From contig CAIIXF020000001.1 in the NCBI GenBank assembly GCA_903813345.2, positions 38,502,001 through 38,566,000 on the forward strand: 64,000 nucleotides of DNA, read 5' to 3'. Within the stretch, counting starts at the first letter, position 1; each line of letters starts with the position of its first letter. This DNA is from Owenia fusiformis. Taxonomy: Eukaryota. A program made the position numbers and the translations under genes. Below are positions 29,301 to 40,859 of the stretch, piece after piece. Below the pieces are notes generated by a model. The model had not been told where the DNA came from, made no database searches, and was given only the letters and a program-made list of their open reading frames with translations.

Positions 29301-30911
29301 TGCAAAAAGACCGAACCTAGACTCAGAGTGTTTCATTTTTGGACTTTTTTCTGATCAAGCTCTTCTTTTGCAACTGGTCTCCTGATAGTTCTAACCATGG
29401 GCTTTCAACTAGATTGAAAGCCCATGTTCTAACCAAGCACAAAAAATTCAGTCATATCCTTTTACGTTTAGACCTCCCTGTACCACATTTTCAAATATTC
29501 AGACTAAAAGCGTCCTACATGTATGTAAATATTGGTGTTTGAACACATTTGTTTACATGTAAATTGTAATTCAAAATGGCTGATGGAGTAAATTAATTTG
29601 CATATTTGTAAGTTCCACTAGCTTTATCTCCACTAGACAATCTGCTAGTGTGTTACATTTAATGGCATTTAATTGTACCTTACTACTTATTGAATTTCAT
29701 AATGTCTATTTTATTGAAATACATGTAATGCTTTCTCTAATTGATAATTTTGTGCAAAAATATTACTGCAATAACCACACAACAGAAAATGAGGATGACA
29801 GACTGAGTACTAACTCAGCCTATTGGATACATACTAAGACCAGCTTGGAAAAAGAGCTTGTTCAGAAAAGAAGTCCATAAAAAGAAAACGCCCAAACTGA
29901 CCCCTCTGACCACCAACCTCCAAGAGGCCACTACAAATTTTGGACCTACAGTAAGAGTGGAGATTGACTGGTCAGAGCAGTAGATCTAGTTGGTGGACGG
30001 TCTTTTCCATACACCAAACCACAGGGCAAGGAACAAAGGTTCACCCCCCACCCCTAGTATGTATCCAACAGACTGAATATAATATTCGGTCTGAATTTAT
30101 AATATATTCAATCAGAAGAGGGATACAGTCTACCATTTTGAGCACTTCTCAAGTAATTTTGGCCATATTTGAGCCAAAATTGTCAAATGTGAGCCCCCCC
30201 CCCCTGGAAATCCCCCCCCCCCCTTAGACTATATCCTATTTAGTCTGAATTATATTCAGACTATAAGGCACCTATGTTAAAGTTTGGTAATTCCAAATAT
30301 TTGTTTACATAGGAAGTGCTATTCAAAATGGCCGATTGGGTAAAATTAATTTGCACATTTTTACTTCAACTAGCTTTATTTCCACTAGACAATATGCTGT
30401 GTTACTTTTTATTGCATTTAATTGTACCTTACTATTTAATTGAAATTTTGTAATGTTTATTTTTTTGAAAAAATGTTTCCTCCAATTGATAATTTTGTGC
30501 AAAAAATTTCACTGCAATTTCCACAGGAAAGTAGTACATCATAACAGACTGACTTCTAGTCAGTCTGTTGGATACATACTACCCCCCCCCCCCCCTTGGC
30601 GAATCCTGGCTACTGGCCTGCCTTGTCACTGGGGCCTACCCGACAGTCACATTTTTAGAGACCTGGTCACCTTTATCACATACCCCTTGGGGAGGCTCCC
30701 CCCCTCCCCCAACCATGGACGTATATCATCGACGTTGATATACGTCCATGCCCCAACTGAATCTTTGCCCTTTTTTAGGCTACATTTGTATTTTTACCTT
30801 CATACATGGATTTTTGTCATCATCGTTAGATCTTGTCACCTTTTGAATGCGTTTCTGTCTTTCTTGTTCGTTCGTTGACCTTCCAGCCTTGTCCAGAACT
30901 TGTTCAAACAT
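26390..30911 (-). CDS. CHCHD7: Twin CX9C mitochondrial intermembrane-space protein CHCHD7/COX23 (110 aa, 3 exons)
   Basis: Exons 30798-30911 (MFEQ...DKNPCMK), 27379-27477 (EQKMSLKCLQDHNYDRDKCSIYFKNYKNCREFW), 26390-26509 (SMIMKERNRKGISPSLPPAEER...*). Two exact CX9C motifs plus the NPC, NYDR, FW and ER..G..P.LP signature of COX23/CHCHD7. Confidence 0.92.
26666..27231. mobile_element. Kolobok-like non-autonomous element, family A, in CHCHD7 intron 2
   Basis: ~140-bp inverted ends AGGAGCACAAAAAGTATTGCAACAGATTTC...GAAATCTGTTGCGATACTTTTCATCCTCCT; homologous to 43424-44078. Confidence 0.7.
29396..29426. repeat. Dispersed hairpin, Helitron/Helentron end-like; second copy at 63745-63774
   Basis: CATGGGCTTTCAA-(4-5 nt)-TTGAAAGCCCATG followed by TTCTAA at both sites. 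Confidence 0.6.
30055..30581. mobile_element. Non-autonomous element with TAG...CTA termini (Academ-like) in CHCHD7 intron 1
   Basis: TAGTATGTATCCAACAGACTGA...TCAGTCTGTTGGATACATACTA flanked by CCC(C). Related TIR copies at ~28139-28175 and ~29801-29836; ~230-bp internal duplication 29545-29780 vs 30295-30530. Confidence 0.6.
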
Positions 30912-31245
30912 TTTATGACCCGTAAAATACGAAATAGTCTACTGTACTGATAATTTTTTGCAAAATTACATGACGAGCTGAGGTTTCCCCAAAATGACGT
31001 CATTTTAGGAATTCCGTATTCAAGGTCACCGTAGATGGACAGAGCTTTGTTGCAGTCGGAAGACGTTTGTCATTATTTCAAGACTATTTGTCTATATTCC
31101 TATTCATCGGCGGAAGCACTAACTTAATCTGATACCTGGGTAGGTATATTTTGAGAATTTTCTGCGATTCAAAGTAGCCTAATTACACAATATAATGTTT
31201 TCCAAAGTTGAAATCGTTTTATGAAAATCCCAAGATGGCCTCCAA
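30912..31245. promoter_or_regulatory. Putative bidirectional promoter shared by CHCHD7 and the PR-PLAG gene
   Basis: Lies between divergent genes and is locally CpG-richer. Palindrome AAAATGACGTCATTTT (CRE) at 30991-31006; CGGAAG (ETS) at 31057 and 31111; YY1-like CAAGATGGCC at ~31231; candidate donor near 31140 for a non-coding first exon. Confidence 0.6.
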
Positions 31246-31879
31246 ATCTGGGTCATCAAAATAAAACAACAACACGCATGATCATGGTCAATGACTCAAT
31301 CGTCATCACTCTTATACTACTGGATTAGTCTCCTTACAACTTTATGTCTTTTATTATGGCCACTTATACTTGTTCACTTTCTACTTTCAATAATAATTTG
31401 TGGCTTGCTGGCTGTCATTTTTAGTGCCTTTTCACTTTCAGCCAAAGCTTTGAACAGCTCAAATATAAGTCTTCAATCTCATTCTCTATGAAAACTCTAT
31501 GTACAATAGATGTACATACAGGGGCTTTTCCAAGATTTACCAAGGGGGTCTCTATTTACTCTCCTATGGGGGTTTGTCTTATAATGAAGCGAATGGATGT
31601 TCACATACAGAAACGGTTTCAACCAACCAATCAAGTTCAGTCTGTCAGTCCACAGTCTGTTCGTCCATCAGTCTGTCTACAATAGTGTCGCGATACCTGG
31701 TTGTCAAGATGAAACTTTGCTGCATAGCTTGCATGCAACAAATAACTTACCAGTAGGAGCATCACCCAAAAATGTCAAGTGAAATATCCTTTCCTTTCTT
31801 TATCATACAGTTCATGCTAGGGGTTGTACAACAAGAGGGGAATAATCTCCCTGCATAACATGATCCTGTTTGCAAAATA

Positions 31880-31934
31880 CAGGGTGGGCCAATAAAAACT
31901 GGAACATTTTTCTTTTCTTTATTGGCCCACCCTG
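31880..31934. mobile_element. 55-bp Tc1/mariner-like micro-MITE
   Basis: TA|CAGGGTGGGCCAATAAA...TTTATTGGCCCACCCTG|TA, with perfect 17-bp TIRs. Confidence 0.7.
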
Positions 31935-32044
31935 TATAATTATGATCCTCATATTGATTCCATAATAAAAAGGAGAAAAATAATTTTACATGATTACAAA
32001 ATTATCCAGATATTCTCTTTTGAAGGTGTTGTCACAGTGTCACA

Positions 32045-35000
32045 ATGTCACAGGCTAAAGCTAGAAGAACAAGCCCAAGTAGAGTAAAAGAGAAGATTGG
32101 ACAGCATAAACCACCAACAAACAATGGACATCAGTTGATGAACATCAACTTACTGTGTGAGTCTGATTCATTTATAAGGAAAATTGCATGTATTTTACAC
32201 CTGTATGCAGTAATTTATTGTTTCCTTGTTTTCCTACCTACATACTGATTCATCACTTGTCACAAATGTTCAAGAGATCACCATTTGTATGATATATAAC
32301 TTAAGAAAACTGGCTCAAAATTGAAAATATTTTCAAAGTGCTAAAGAAACATGGGACACTATCTTTTGTTGAAGCTTATTTGTTTCTATTGATTGATTAA
32401 TTATCCCATCAAACGAAGTTCGGAGGGATATAGGGAATGCCTCCGTCCGTCCGTCCGTCCGTCCGTACATATGTACGTACATGGCTAGTGAGCAACCATT
32501 TTGAAAATGGTGGCCTTTCTTATGTGTGTTATTTTATGATATTTGCTATATATTTAGTTTGTAAAAATGCCAGCCATTTCTGCTCGATGGGATTCGCTAC
32601 GCTTTGGCGTTGCCGTTGTTCTGGTTGTTACTCATGTATACAAAAAAATGCTTGTATATAAATAAGAATGCCTGTATGATAACATTCTGTTTATGTAAAT
32701 GCAGGGTGTGAGGACTGTGGAGAGGCAAAGAAAGGGGACTGTACCACACATGAGATGCTGAATAGAACAAAAGACAGATTCATTCCATCATATGCCAGAT
32801 TGACAACACCCTATTCTGTAAAAATCAAAACTTTGGAGATCACAGGCGTTAATAGGAAAGGTAAATTTTAATATCAAGTTATTTTACATCTGCCTCAAAT
32901 CAATATGGCTATGAGCATGGTGTAGATCCCATCTCCTCAAATCATACCTTTGTAAAGTGAAATCAAAGATCTCCAGCAGAATGTCACCTCTGTGTGCTAC
33001 ATGTAACTCAGATGGCTAAATGTGAGAAAATTGGCTTATACGTTCCAATAATGTATCAGTGGCGGATCCAGAAATTAACAAGGGCTGGCCCCAAATTTTG
33101 AGTCTGGAAAAAATATTCCACGTTTCAAAATGGAAAAATAGAGTATGGATCAACTAAAAATACATTTTGATTTCAGTTGAAGGTGTGTTTGCCAGAAGGG
33201 TTATCCAAACGAGAACTCAGTTTGGTCCACATGAAGGCCAGAAAGTCCATACCCCACCTGCCCTGTCACATAACAGACTCTTCATAAAGGTAAGCACATT
33301 GTCACATAATAGAAACTTTATAAAGGTCACTACCATTTAACATCACTTAGTCATCATAAAGGTATAGGTAAGCACATTGCCAAATAGTATATCAGAGTCT
33401 TACTTTAAAATCCATAATATCCCTCGAAATAAACGCCCACTGGCATGGGAGAGCTATTTCCCCTCTTAATAAACGTCCATCCCCTTTGGAAAAATATTCC
33501 TTCTTTCTCAATAAAGGCCCATGGGTGTTTATTAAAAATTCTTTAAAAAAACACCATGTGCAAAATAAATGCCCATGGGCCTATTCGCGAGAAACTCCCT
33601 GTAGGATCAAACAGATAAGCCATGTAATATATACCATGGGTCATTCAATTAGCTTTGATAAGATATAATATTATGTGACTTATCTTCAATGTTGTAGAAA
33701 TAATGACCGTTTTTGATTGTGATGTTCACAAGAACAGATTTTACAATCTTAAAATGAAGAAATTCATGAAAAAGGATGTTCAATATGTCTGCCTCTATCT
33801 GTGAAAACAGATCTCTGACTGAAACTAAAAGAAATGTTCTGAACAAAACATATTTTAAAATCGTGACAGCTATTTTTTTATTTTTAACTCATTTATTTAC
33901 TAGTACCCTCAAATCGTCTCTATCCTTGTTGGACATTTTGTATTTGCAGATCTTCTCAGCAAAGAACATCTTCACATATTTAGACAACACTGATGAAACA
34001 AAATGTAACTGGATGATGTTTGTGCGCCCAGCTACATGCTTTACTGAACAAAATATGGTTGCCTATCAATACAAAGAGCATGTCTATTTCACAACTACGC
34101 GGGTCAGTATTCTTTTATTAGAAGTCATTATGTATTACTACCTTTTATTATTACCTTTTGTTTGTAATTATGTTTGTTTTGAAAAATTAGAAATATGAGT
34201 AGTGATGCAGTGCAATTATATTGTTCACAATCATATTATCCCCACCGAACGAAGTTCGAGGGGGATATAGAAAAGCCGTCCATCCATCCGTAACTAACAT
34301 CACAATCAAATCAAGACAAAGAAAGAAGACAATGAATGAAGACACTGATGCAGCAGCAACAAATGGCGTCCGTTTGTCCATCTGTCCGGGTAATAACTCA
34401 AATACTGTTTGACGGCTTTAATTAAAATTTTATATGTTGATGCCTTAGGAAACTGTAGCTCTGTTTGAGAAAGATCTTTCAAGATGGTGACTGAATTTTG
34501 AAATTGCTGCCATTTTCTGTGAAAAACTTAATCTTTGATAACTCAAATGCGGAACGAATTTGGTTCAAATTTTATATGCTGATGCCTAGGACACAGTAGC
34601 TCTGTTCGAAAAAGAATTTTCAAGATGGCAGCAGAATTTCAAAATGGCTGCCATTTTTCATAAAATTTTATATGTTGATGCCTTAGGGGACAAATTAGCT
34701 CTGCTCAAGAAGGAATTTTCAAGATGGTGTTAAAATTTCAAAATGGCTGCCATTTTTCTTTGATAACTCAAATATCAGAGGATGGATTTGGTTCAAATTT
34801 TATATATTAATATATCTTGAAGAAGAAATTTTCAAGATTGTCTCTAATTATCATGTTTTTGTTCGGTGGGATTTGCTACTCCTTTGAGTTGCTGTTTTTC
34901 TAGTATTATATTGTGGCTTATATAACTTTTATTGACATCTTGTATCATAACATGATTACATTAGTCATAACTATGAAAAAAACTAAATATCTAAACTACA

Positions 35001-38000
35001 AATACTAACTAAGGCAAAAGTACAAAAATATATACGAGATATACAAAAACCCAAAATAAAGGTAGTATACATCATGATGAAAGGACAAGGTTACAAGGTT
35101 ACATTTAAAGTGTGGTGCACATACCCTGCATTCTGACTACAAATTCTTAAATGAATGATAAATGAATTTTCCAAAGTGTCTTTGTAATGTTAAGTTTTTA
35201 CTTGAAATGAGATTGACAAATAAATCTTCACTATAGAGGTCAAAGTTACTTAGAATTTCACGAGCCTTAGTGTACAATAATTGTCTATGCTCATCATTCT
35301 TTGTACAAGTTAAAAGGAAATGACATTCATCCTCTATATGTTTACAGGTATTGCATAATCTTTCCTCTCTAGGTTTTGGTTTTGGCTTTGCATGTCTTCC
35401 AGTCTCAATCGCCAATCGATGAGAACTCATTCGAAATCTACTTATCGCCAATCTATACTTTTTATTATCTAATTTCAAATATAATTCAATTCTAAAATCT
35501 TTTTTGAACAATTTATACGTTCTCAGTATAGGATAAATGTTCAAATCATTTTTCCATTTTTCTACAAATAATACCTTCAACTTCTTTTCTACCATGCTCA
35601 CTAGATTGTCAGTATTCAGATTTTGGTCATTCCAATAATCCAATAAATCACATTTTCTGAGTATATCATAGACCTTGCTAGACCAACTTTTGAATCCTAA
35701 CTCTTGAATATCTCTATCATATAAATAGGCTTGGTTTAATACACTTGATTATAATGCTGTTTTGCAAAGCCACAACATGTGTATTATATATATGTTATAT
35801 TTATATCTTTTTTCAGAAATAAATCAGTTATAGGAAATATATTTATTAGACATGCAATCTAATTTTATAAATATAATAGATTTAAAATGGATTTTGTGTG
35901 GATCAGTATGGACCAGAAGACAAGTAAAAGTACAGTACAGTACAGTACAGTACAGTACAGTACAGTACAGTACAGTACAGTACAGTACAGTACAGTACAG
36001 TACAGTACTTTATCATCCCACTGAGGTCTGGTAGGGTTATAGAGAAGCTGTCCATCTGTCCATCCATCTGTCTATTTGTTCATTCAAAGACCCATTCACA
36101 GTTTGTTTCAAATTTAATAGACTTATGCATTATGGGCATAGGACATACATTCAAGAAACATTGAGCCAATTTGCAATCTTGGTTTGTTGCATTACAGGCA
36201 TTCAAATATGCTTTTTAAATTATACATTTTAGCCTATTGCTCCAGAAGAGGAACTAAAAATCTGGTATGCAGGGAACTATGCCCCACTTATGGGGGCAAC
36301 ACTTTTGAATGCAAGGACTCCTGACACTAAAATGTCCTCAGCTGAGGAGCTTTCTGCAACAAAATGTGACAGGGTTGAAGCTGCTGAGAATGAGAATGAT
36401 AAACAGAAACCTGCTCATGGTATTCCTGATCCAGTTTCTAAAGGTAAGGATAAGCCTCATACAGGGAATGAGCAGGAACATCCTGTACACATGTATACTG
36501 AACACAATTATATTAATCATTTCTCAACAAAATGTGAAAATATTTATGATTGTATATATAGGGGTTTCACATGATGATTTTGAAGTGTTAATAGTTTAGT
36601 CGTTATTTTCCACTTCCCACATTTGCTTATTAGCATTTAGCACCCCTGAATAGCCTGACAATCTGACTATACCATAGTCAGGCTATTCCGGTGTGATTAG
36701 GTTAACGAATCATCTTGCAAATTTATGTTGGTAATTTAACAGCTCAATATCAATACCAGAAATAATGTTTCTCTTATTTTTCTTTATAAGGTCCACAAGA
36801 GTTGACTGAGAAAGCAACTGAGGTTGTCACTCAAGATACCGATGATAATGCATCTTCTAGTAAAGACCATTCTTACTCCCAAGCACATAGTAAGTGCATG
36901 CACATAATTGTGTCAATGGTGCATTTATTCTGTCATTCGAGGTCTCTAAAGTTCCTGTAGTAAAACCCACCATGAACAAATGTATTCTTGAATATTGTGG
37001 ATTTGGAAAGTTTGCCAAAAATTAAGTATTCACTAAAATTCCTGAGAATTGCGTGTATGAATTATAATATATGTAGAGGCCTAATAGGGGCCAATTGTAT
37101 GTAAATTACATGTATATCAGTGGACAGTTATCCTTCAATCTTCCAAATTAAATATGCAGCAAAATTGTGAACAATGTAATGGCCAAAAAACAAACAAATT
37201 AAATCGGGTCAAATTAACGCCAAATATCATTACAATTTTCCTGAAATTGTAATGCTCTTTTTCATTTTTTGCAGGTGTTAAAAAGTCTAAGATTAAGAGG
37301 AAGAAACAGGAGAAGAAAGAAGCTGCAGATAACTGGGTGTGCTCAGCCTGCTATAAATATTTCACTGAATTTGAACATTTAGAAAAACATAAATGTTGCA
37401 TTAAACGATTGAAAAAATCAACAAGGACTAAATTGACTTGGAAACGACCCCTCGTATTGAATTCAAATATAGATATCTCTGACATTGAACTTGTGATAGA
37501 CTTGGATCCCCCAGAACCAGCTACTACAAAAGCAGTAGCAAGCTCTCAAAAAAACTCATCCTCGAAATCAAAAGTTCAAAAGAAAACTCCAGTGAAGGTG
37601 AAATCTAAGCCTATTCCTAAAGACACTGAACTCATGAAATGTCAATTCTGTGGAAAAGCATTTCAGGGAAAGACAAACTATGATGAACATATAATGACTC
37701 ACACTGGAAGAAAACCATATAAGTGTTTGTTCACAAACTGCAGTAAAACATTTATTAATCGCTATAAACAGCAGAGACATCTTTTGACACATGGAGCTGT
37801 GAGACCATTCTCATGTATTTACTGTGATAAATCATTCACGCGAAAAGACCACTTAAAGGGTCATATGAGGACACACGAACCTGATAGGTGCTCTCAAAAG
37901 TGCCATCTATGTGATAAGGAGTACACTGGAGATTTTACATTCAGAGCCCATATGGCAATACATTATGCAGAAGCGGGAGAATTAACATGTAGCATTTGCA

Positions 38001-38926
38001 AAAAGGACTTCGAATCAAAAGAGAAACTTTTGTTCCATATCAATGTCCATAAAGGAGCACGATCTACAAAAGGAATCATGGACAAGAAACAAAAATGTCC
38101 AGAATGTGATAAACGGTTCTTCACTTTAAAGGATGTTCGTCGACATATGATTGTTCACACAAAAGAAAGAGATTTCATATGTGAGATTTGCTCAGGGAGG
38201 TTTGGTAGGAAAGACCATCTTGTGCGACACTTAGCGAAATACCATGCAAGCTCCAGAGTTGGGACTATAGTCAAGACTGACTCTGTGCAGGAGCCATTGA
38301 TTACAGTACCCCTGTTACGTGATGAAAAACAAGTGCAAGAAGCAGTAGCATCTGGAGCTCTGGCCACTGCTATATCTAAAGTAATGCATAACCAAAAGCA
38401 GATAGGCTCTGTAGGGGCCTTGCAGAATGTGAACTATATTCCTGTGCCCCAGGGTCAGGATCTTCAAGGATTGGCTGTTACAATAAGTAGCAGTTCAGCT
38501 TCAGTCACTCCAACTGTTACTTACTCTGTGCTTACTCAGCAGCTTACCTCACCAAGTTACACAGCCCCTGGGACAAGCCCTACCCCAACAGTCAGTCTAT
38601 TTGAGCACAACTACAACCGCCATAGTTCACTTGCCAAACTTACAGACACCGCTGTAGAGATCAAACCACTTGGAACTACAGAGCACAATTATAGCTCAAG
38701 AATTGATTTTGATAATGTGGAAGGTGAAGCAGTGAAGGATGGTATGCCAGATTCTAGTATGAGCACTGTTTACATGGATGTGCTGAAGGCACTTGGTAAC
38801 ATGGCCAGTGTTAGACATAATCCAATGCTATCTTCTGCTGCAGTAGGGAGTCATGTGCCAGAGCCATCATCTCCATCCCTTACTGGAAACACATTGCCAA
38901 ACTTTGGACAGGCCTTCCATAATTAG
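32045..38926 (+). CDS. PR/SET-domain + PLAG-type C2H2 zinc-finger protein (831 aa, 7 coding exons); PLAG1/PLAGL-family orthologue with PRDM10/15-like N-terminus
   Basis: Exons 32045-32156, 32705-32860, 33177-33289, 33950-34102, 36233-36443, 36791-36889, 37275-38926, all GT-AG and in phase. Zinc knuckle [18 protein letters not shown] domain ([47 protein letters not shown]); one C2HC finger plus 7 C2H2 fingers with PLAG signatures ([45 protein letters not shown]); C-terminus TLPNFGQAF resembles the PLAG1 end TLPRFHQAF. Confidence 0.9.
34235..34905. mobile_element. HINE/DINE-like element in a PR-PLAG intron
   Basis: Hairpin TCCCCACCGAAC-GAA-GTTCGAGGGGGA, (CCAT/CCGT)n, diverged internal tandem units (34420-34850) and a distal inverted GTTCGGTGGGAT at 34861. 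Related ends at ~32400-32480 and ~20220-20285. Confidence 0.6.
34925..35750 (-). mobile_element. 5'-truncated non-LTR retrotransposon (CR1/L2-group) ORF2 C-terminus plus 3' tail
   Basis: ORF 35137-35643 contains LRTYKLFK...[18 protein letters not shown]...[19 protein letters not shown], the CCHC-type end of CR1/L2-group ORF2. Confidence 0.85.
35929..36008. repeat. (AGTAC)16 microsatellite
   Basis: Perfect pentanucleotide run. Confidence 0.97.
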
Positions 38927-38970
38927 CAATTCTGAACACCCCATTGCATAGTGGGCTGTTTTTGGTGGAA

Positions 38971-39661
38971 AGGATAGGTATCGATATGGTGAACTGAATT
39001 CAACAATGTTTTTCTCTTAAACCAATTATTGAAAATATTCTGTAAAAAACACTGTCCTTTATGTAATGTTGACTGATTGGCAACAATTTTATGCAGAAAT
39101 TATTCATATATATTTGATATATCTGTTTTTGTTAACATTTTTTGTTTTTTGTTCCTTTCTACCAATTCTTGAGAATGAAATAAAATTTCTTTCCGAACAT
39201 TGTTGGAACAAAATAGCATAACATTTTCTTAGACCTCTCAATATTATACTTATACAGTTTCAAAGGAAATTTTGGTTGATTTTACAAAAAGTATGCAAAA
39301 TCACCCAAAATAGATTAAAATTAAGATAAACCTTTTATTTTATTAACAAGATACTTTTTTAAAATCAACCAAACTTTCCTTTGTACAATTACAATATTGA
39401 GAGACCTAAACACGTTGTGTTTATGTCGTTTTGTTCCAATGAGGTTCGGATAGATATTTCATTTCATTCTGAACATATGATACCAAGAACGAAAGAAGTG
39501 TCTGATGTGATTTTAAAACAATAAAGAAAAAAGTATATATATATATATTTCAAATTATAATGTTACCGTCCAAAAGATGACCATTAAATTGACAATGTGT
39601 AAGATTTTCAGAATGTCTTGATGACTGGTTTAAACGCGTTCACCATATCGATACCACTCCT
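38971..39661. mobile_element. Kolobok-like non-autonomous element, family B, just after the PR-PLAG stop codon
   Basis: TIR AGGATAGGTATCGATATGGTGAAC...GTTCACCATATCGATACCACTCCT followed by TTAA; inverted copy at 59657-60339. Confidence 0.72.
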
Positions 39662-39665
39662 TTAA

Positions 39666-40495
39666 AGTCCCCATCTAAAGTTTAAACAACTTTGGCTTAT
39701 ATTGTAGTCTTACCCAATGTTATCAAAGTGTGATATGTGAAACTTTTTATTTAAATTCCAAAAAGTGGTTTTTGATAGACTTTTTGTTCCAAAATTTGTG
39801 AATTTAATTAAAACTAACTTTTAGAAGTCACACATATATTTTAATTAGCCACAATTTATACCAATGCATAGCATTCAGCGTCCCATGTTTTTTGCCGAAA
39901 AAATTAAGAAAATCGGTTCATAAATAAGCGAGAAATGAACTCATCAGTGCATGAAAATGGTTCCGAGGAAAAATGCATTTCAAAATTTTAGTTCTCATAG
40001 AAACCAACGGTACAATGATATCTAAAACATAATATATTCTTCCTTTTAACCTGGTTAGACAATTAGCATTGGTTTATTATTGAAGTCTAGGGTATTTAGA
40101 AATGATTGACATCGAAAAAAAATTTCAATTTTTTTCAAAAAGTTTTTGCTACCTTAGTGACATCACTAATGTTGCAAAATATTTTTGATATGCTAAAACA
40201 TGGAAGTGGCCCATTAAATATGGCATTTTATTATTGAAATAGAGTGTCCTTTATTCAATCTTTACATTGGTGTTTAAAAGATAATCTTTTTTGAAATACA
40301 TTAAGAAATATTTGATGATTAAAAAATTTCAACTTTTTTTGAAAAATGGCGGGAAATTTGAATATTTGAGAAATGAAATGCTCACAACTTTTTTTTCAAA
40401 ATTTTTTTTCGAAAAATCTCTAAAATAGCTTTTTAAGTCATGACAAATAGTAAATGAATGATAAAAAAAATATTTTCAAACTTTAGACAGGGACT
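39666..40495. mobile_element. Kolobok-like non-autonomous element, family C
   Basis: TTAA|AGTCCCCATCTAAAGTTT...AAACTTTAGACAGGGACT|TTAC; a diverged internal fragment is at ~4612-4690. Confidence 0.6.
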
Positions 40496-40591
40496 TTACG
40501 TATCTAAAAGAATAGTTATATATACATTCACAATCCAATCAATGAATTTATCGTAAATGTGCAAATGAGTAATTAATTTGTAATAGGGATA

Positions 40592-40859
40592 CCATATTCT
40601 CTCTAATGAGTGCACAGTATGGTAAGATATTAAGATTCCAGTAAACACACATGCAAAATAAAGAAGAAAAAAATTATCGCTGATGATCTCTTAATTTGGT
40701 ATCACTATAGGTTTGTATACTCTCTACAGCTGCTTTTCTGCATTATATATTATCATCAATCGATGTAATGCATTAAACTTCGTGTTTTCTTGAGACCATA
40801 TTTAACATGAAAGTGGCATGTGTGCTTATTGATCTGTGCGCTCATTAGAGAGAATACTG
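40592..40859. mobile_element. Tc1/mariner-like MITE with TA TSD
   Basis: TA|CCATATTCTCTCTAATGAGTGCACAG...CTGTGCGCTCATTAGAGAGAATACTG|TA. Confidence 0.65.

Noticed and set aside
31291..31782. Several overlapping 60-85-aa ORFs between CHCHD7 and PR-PLAG
   Set aside because: No recognisable motif or consistent splicing; probably intron or decayed repeat.
35852..36034. ORF with VQYST repeats
   Set aside because: Translation of the (AGTAC)n microsatellite.
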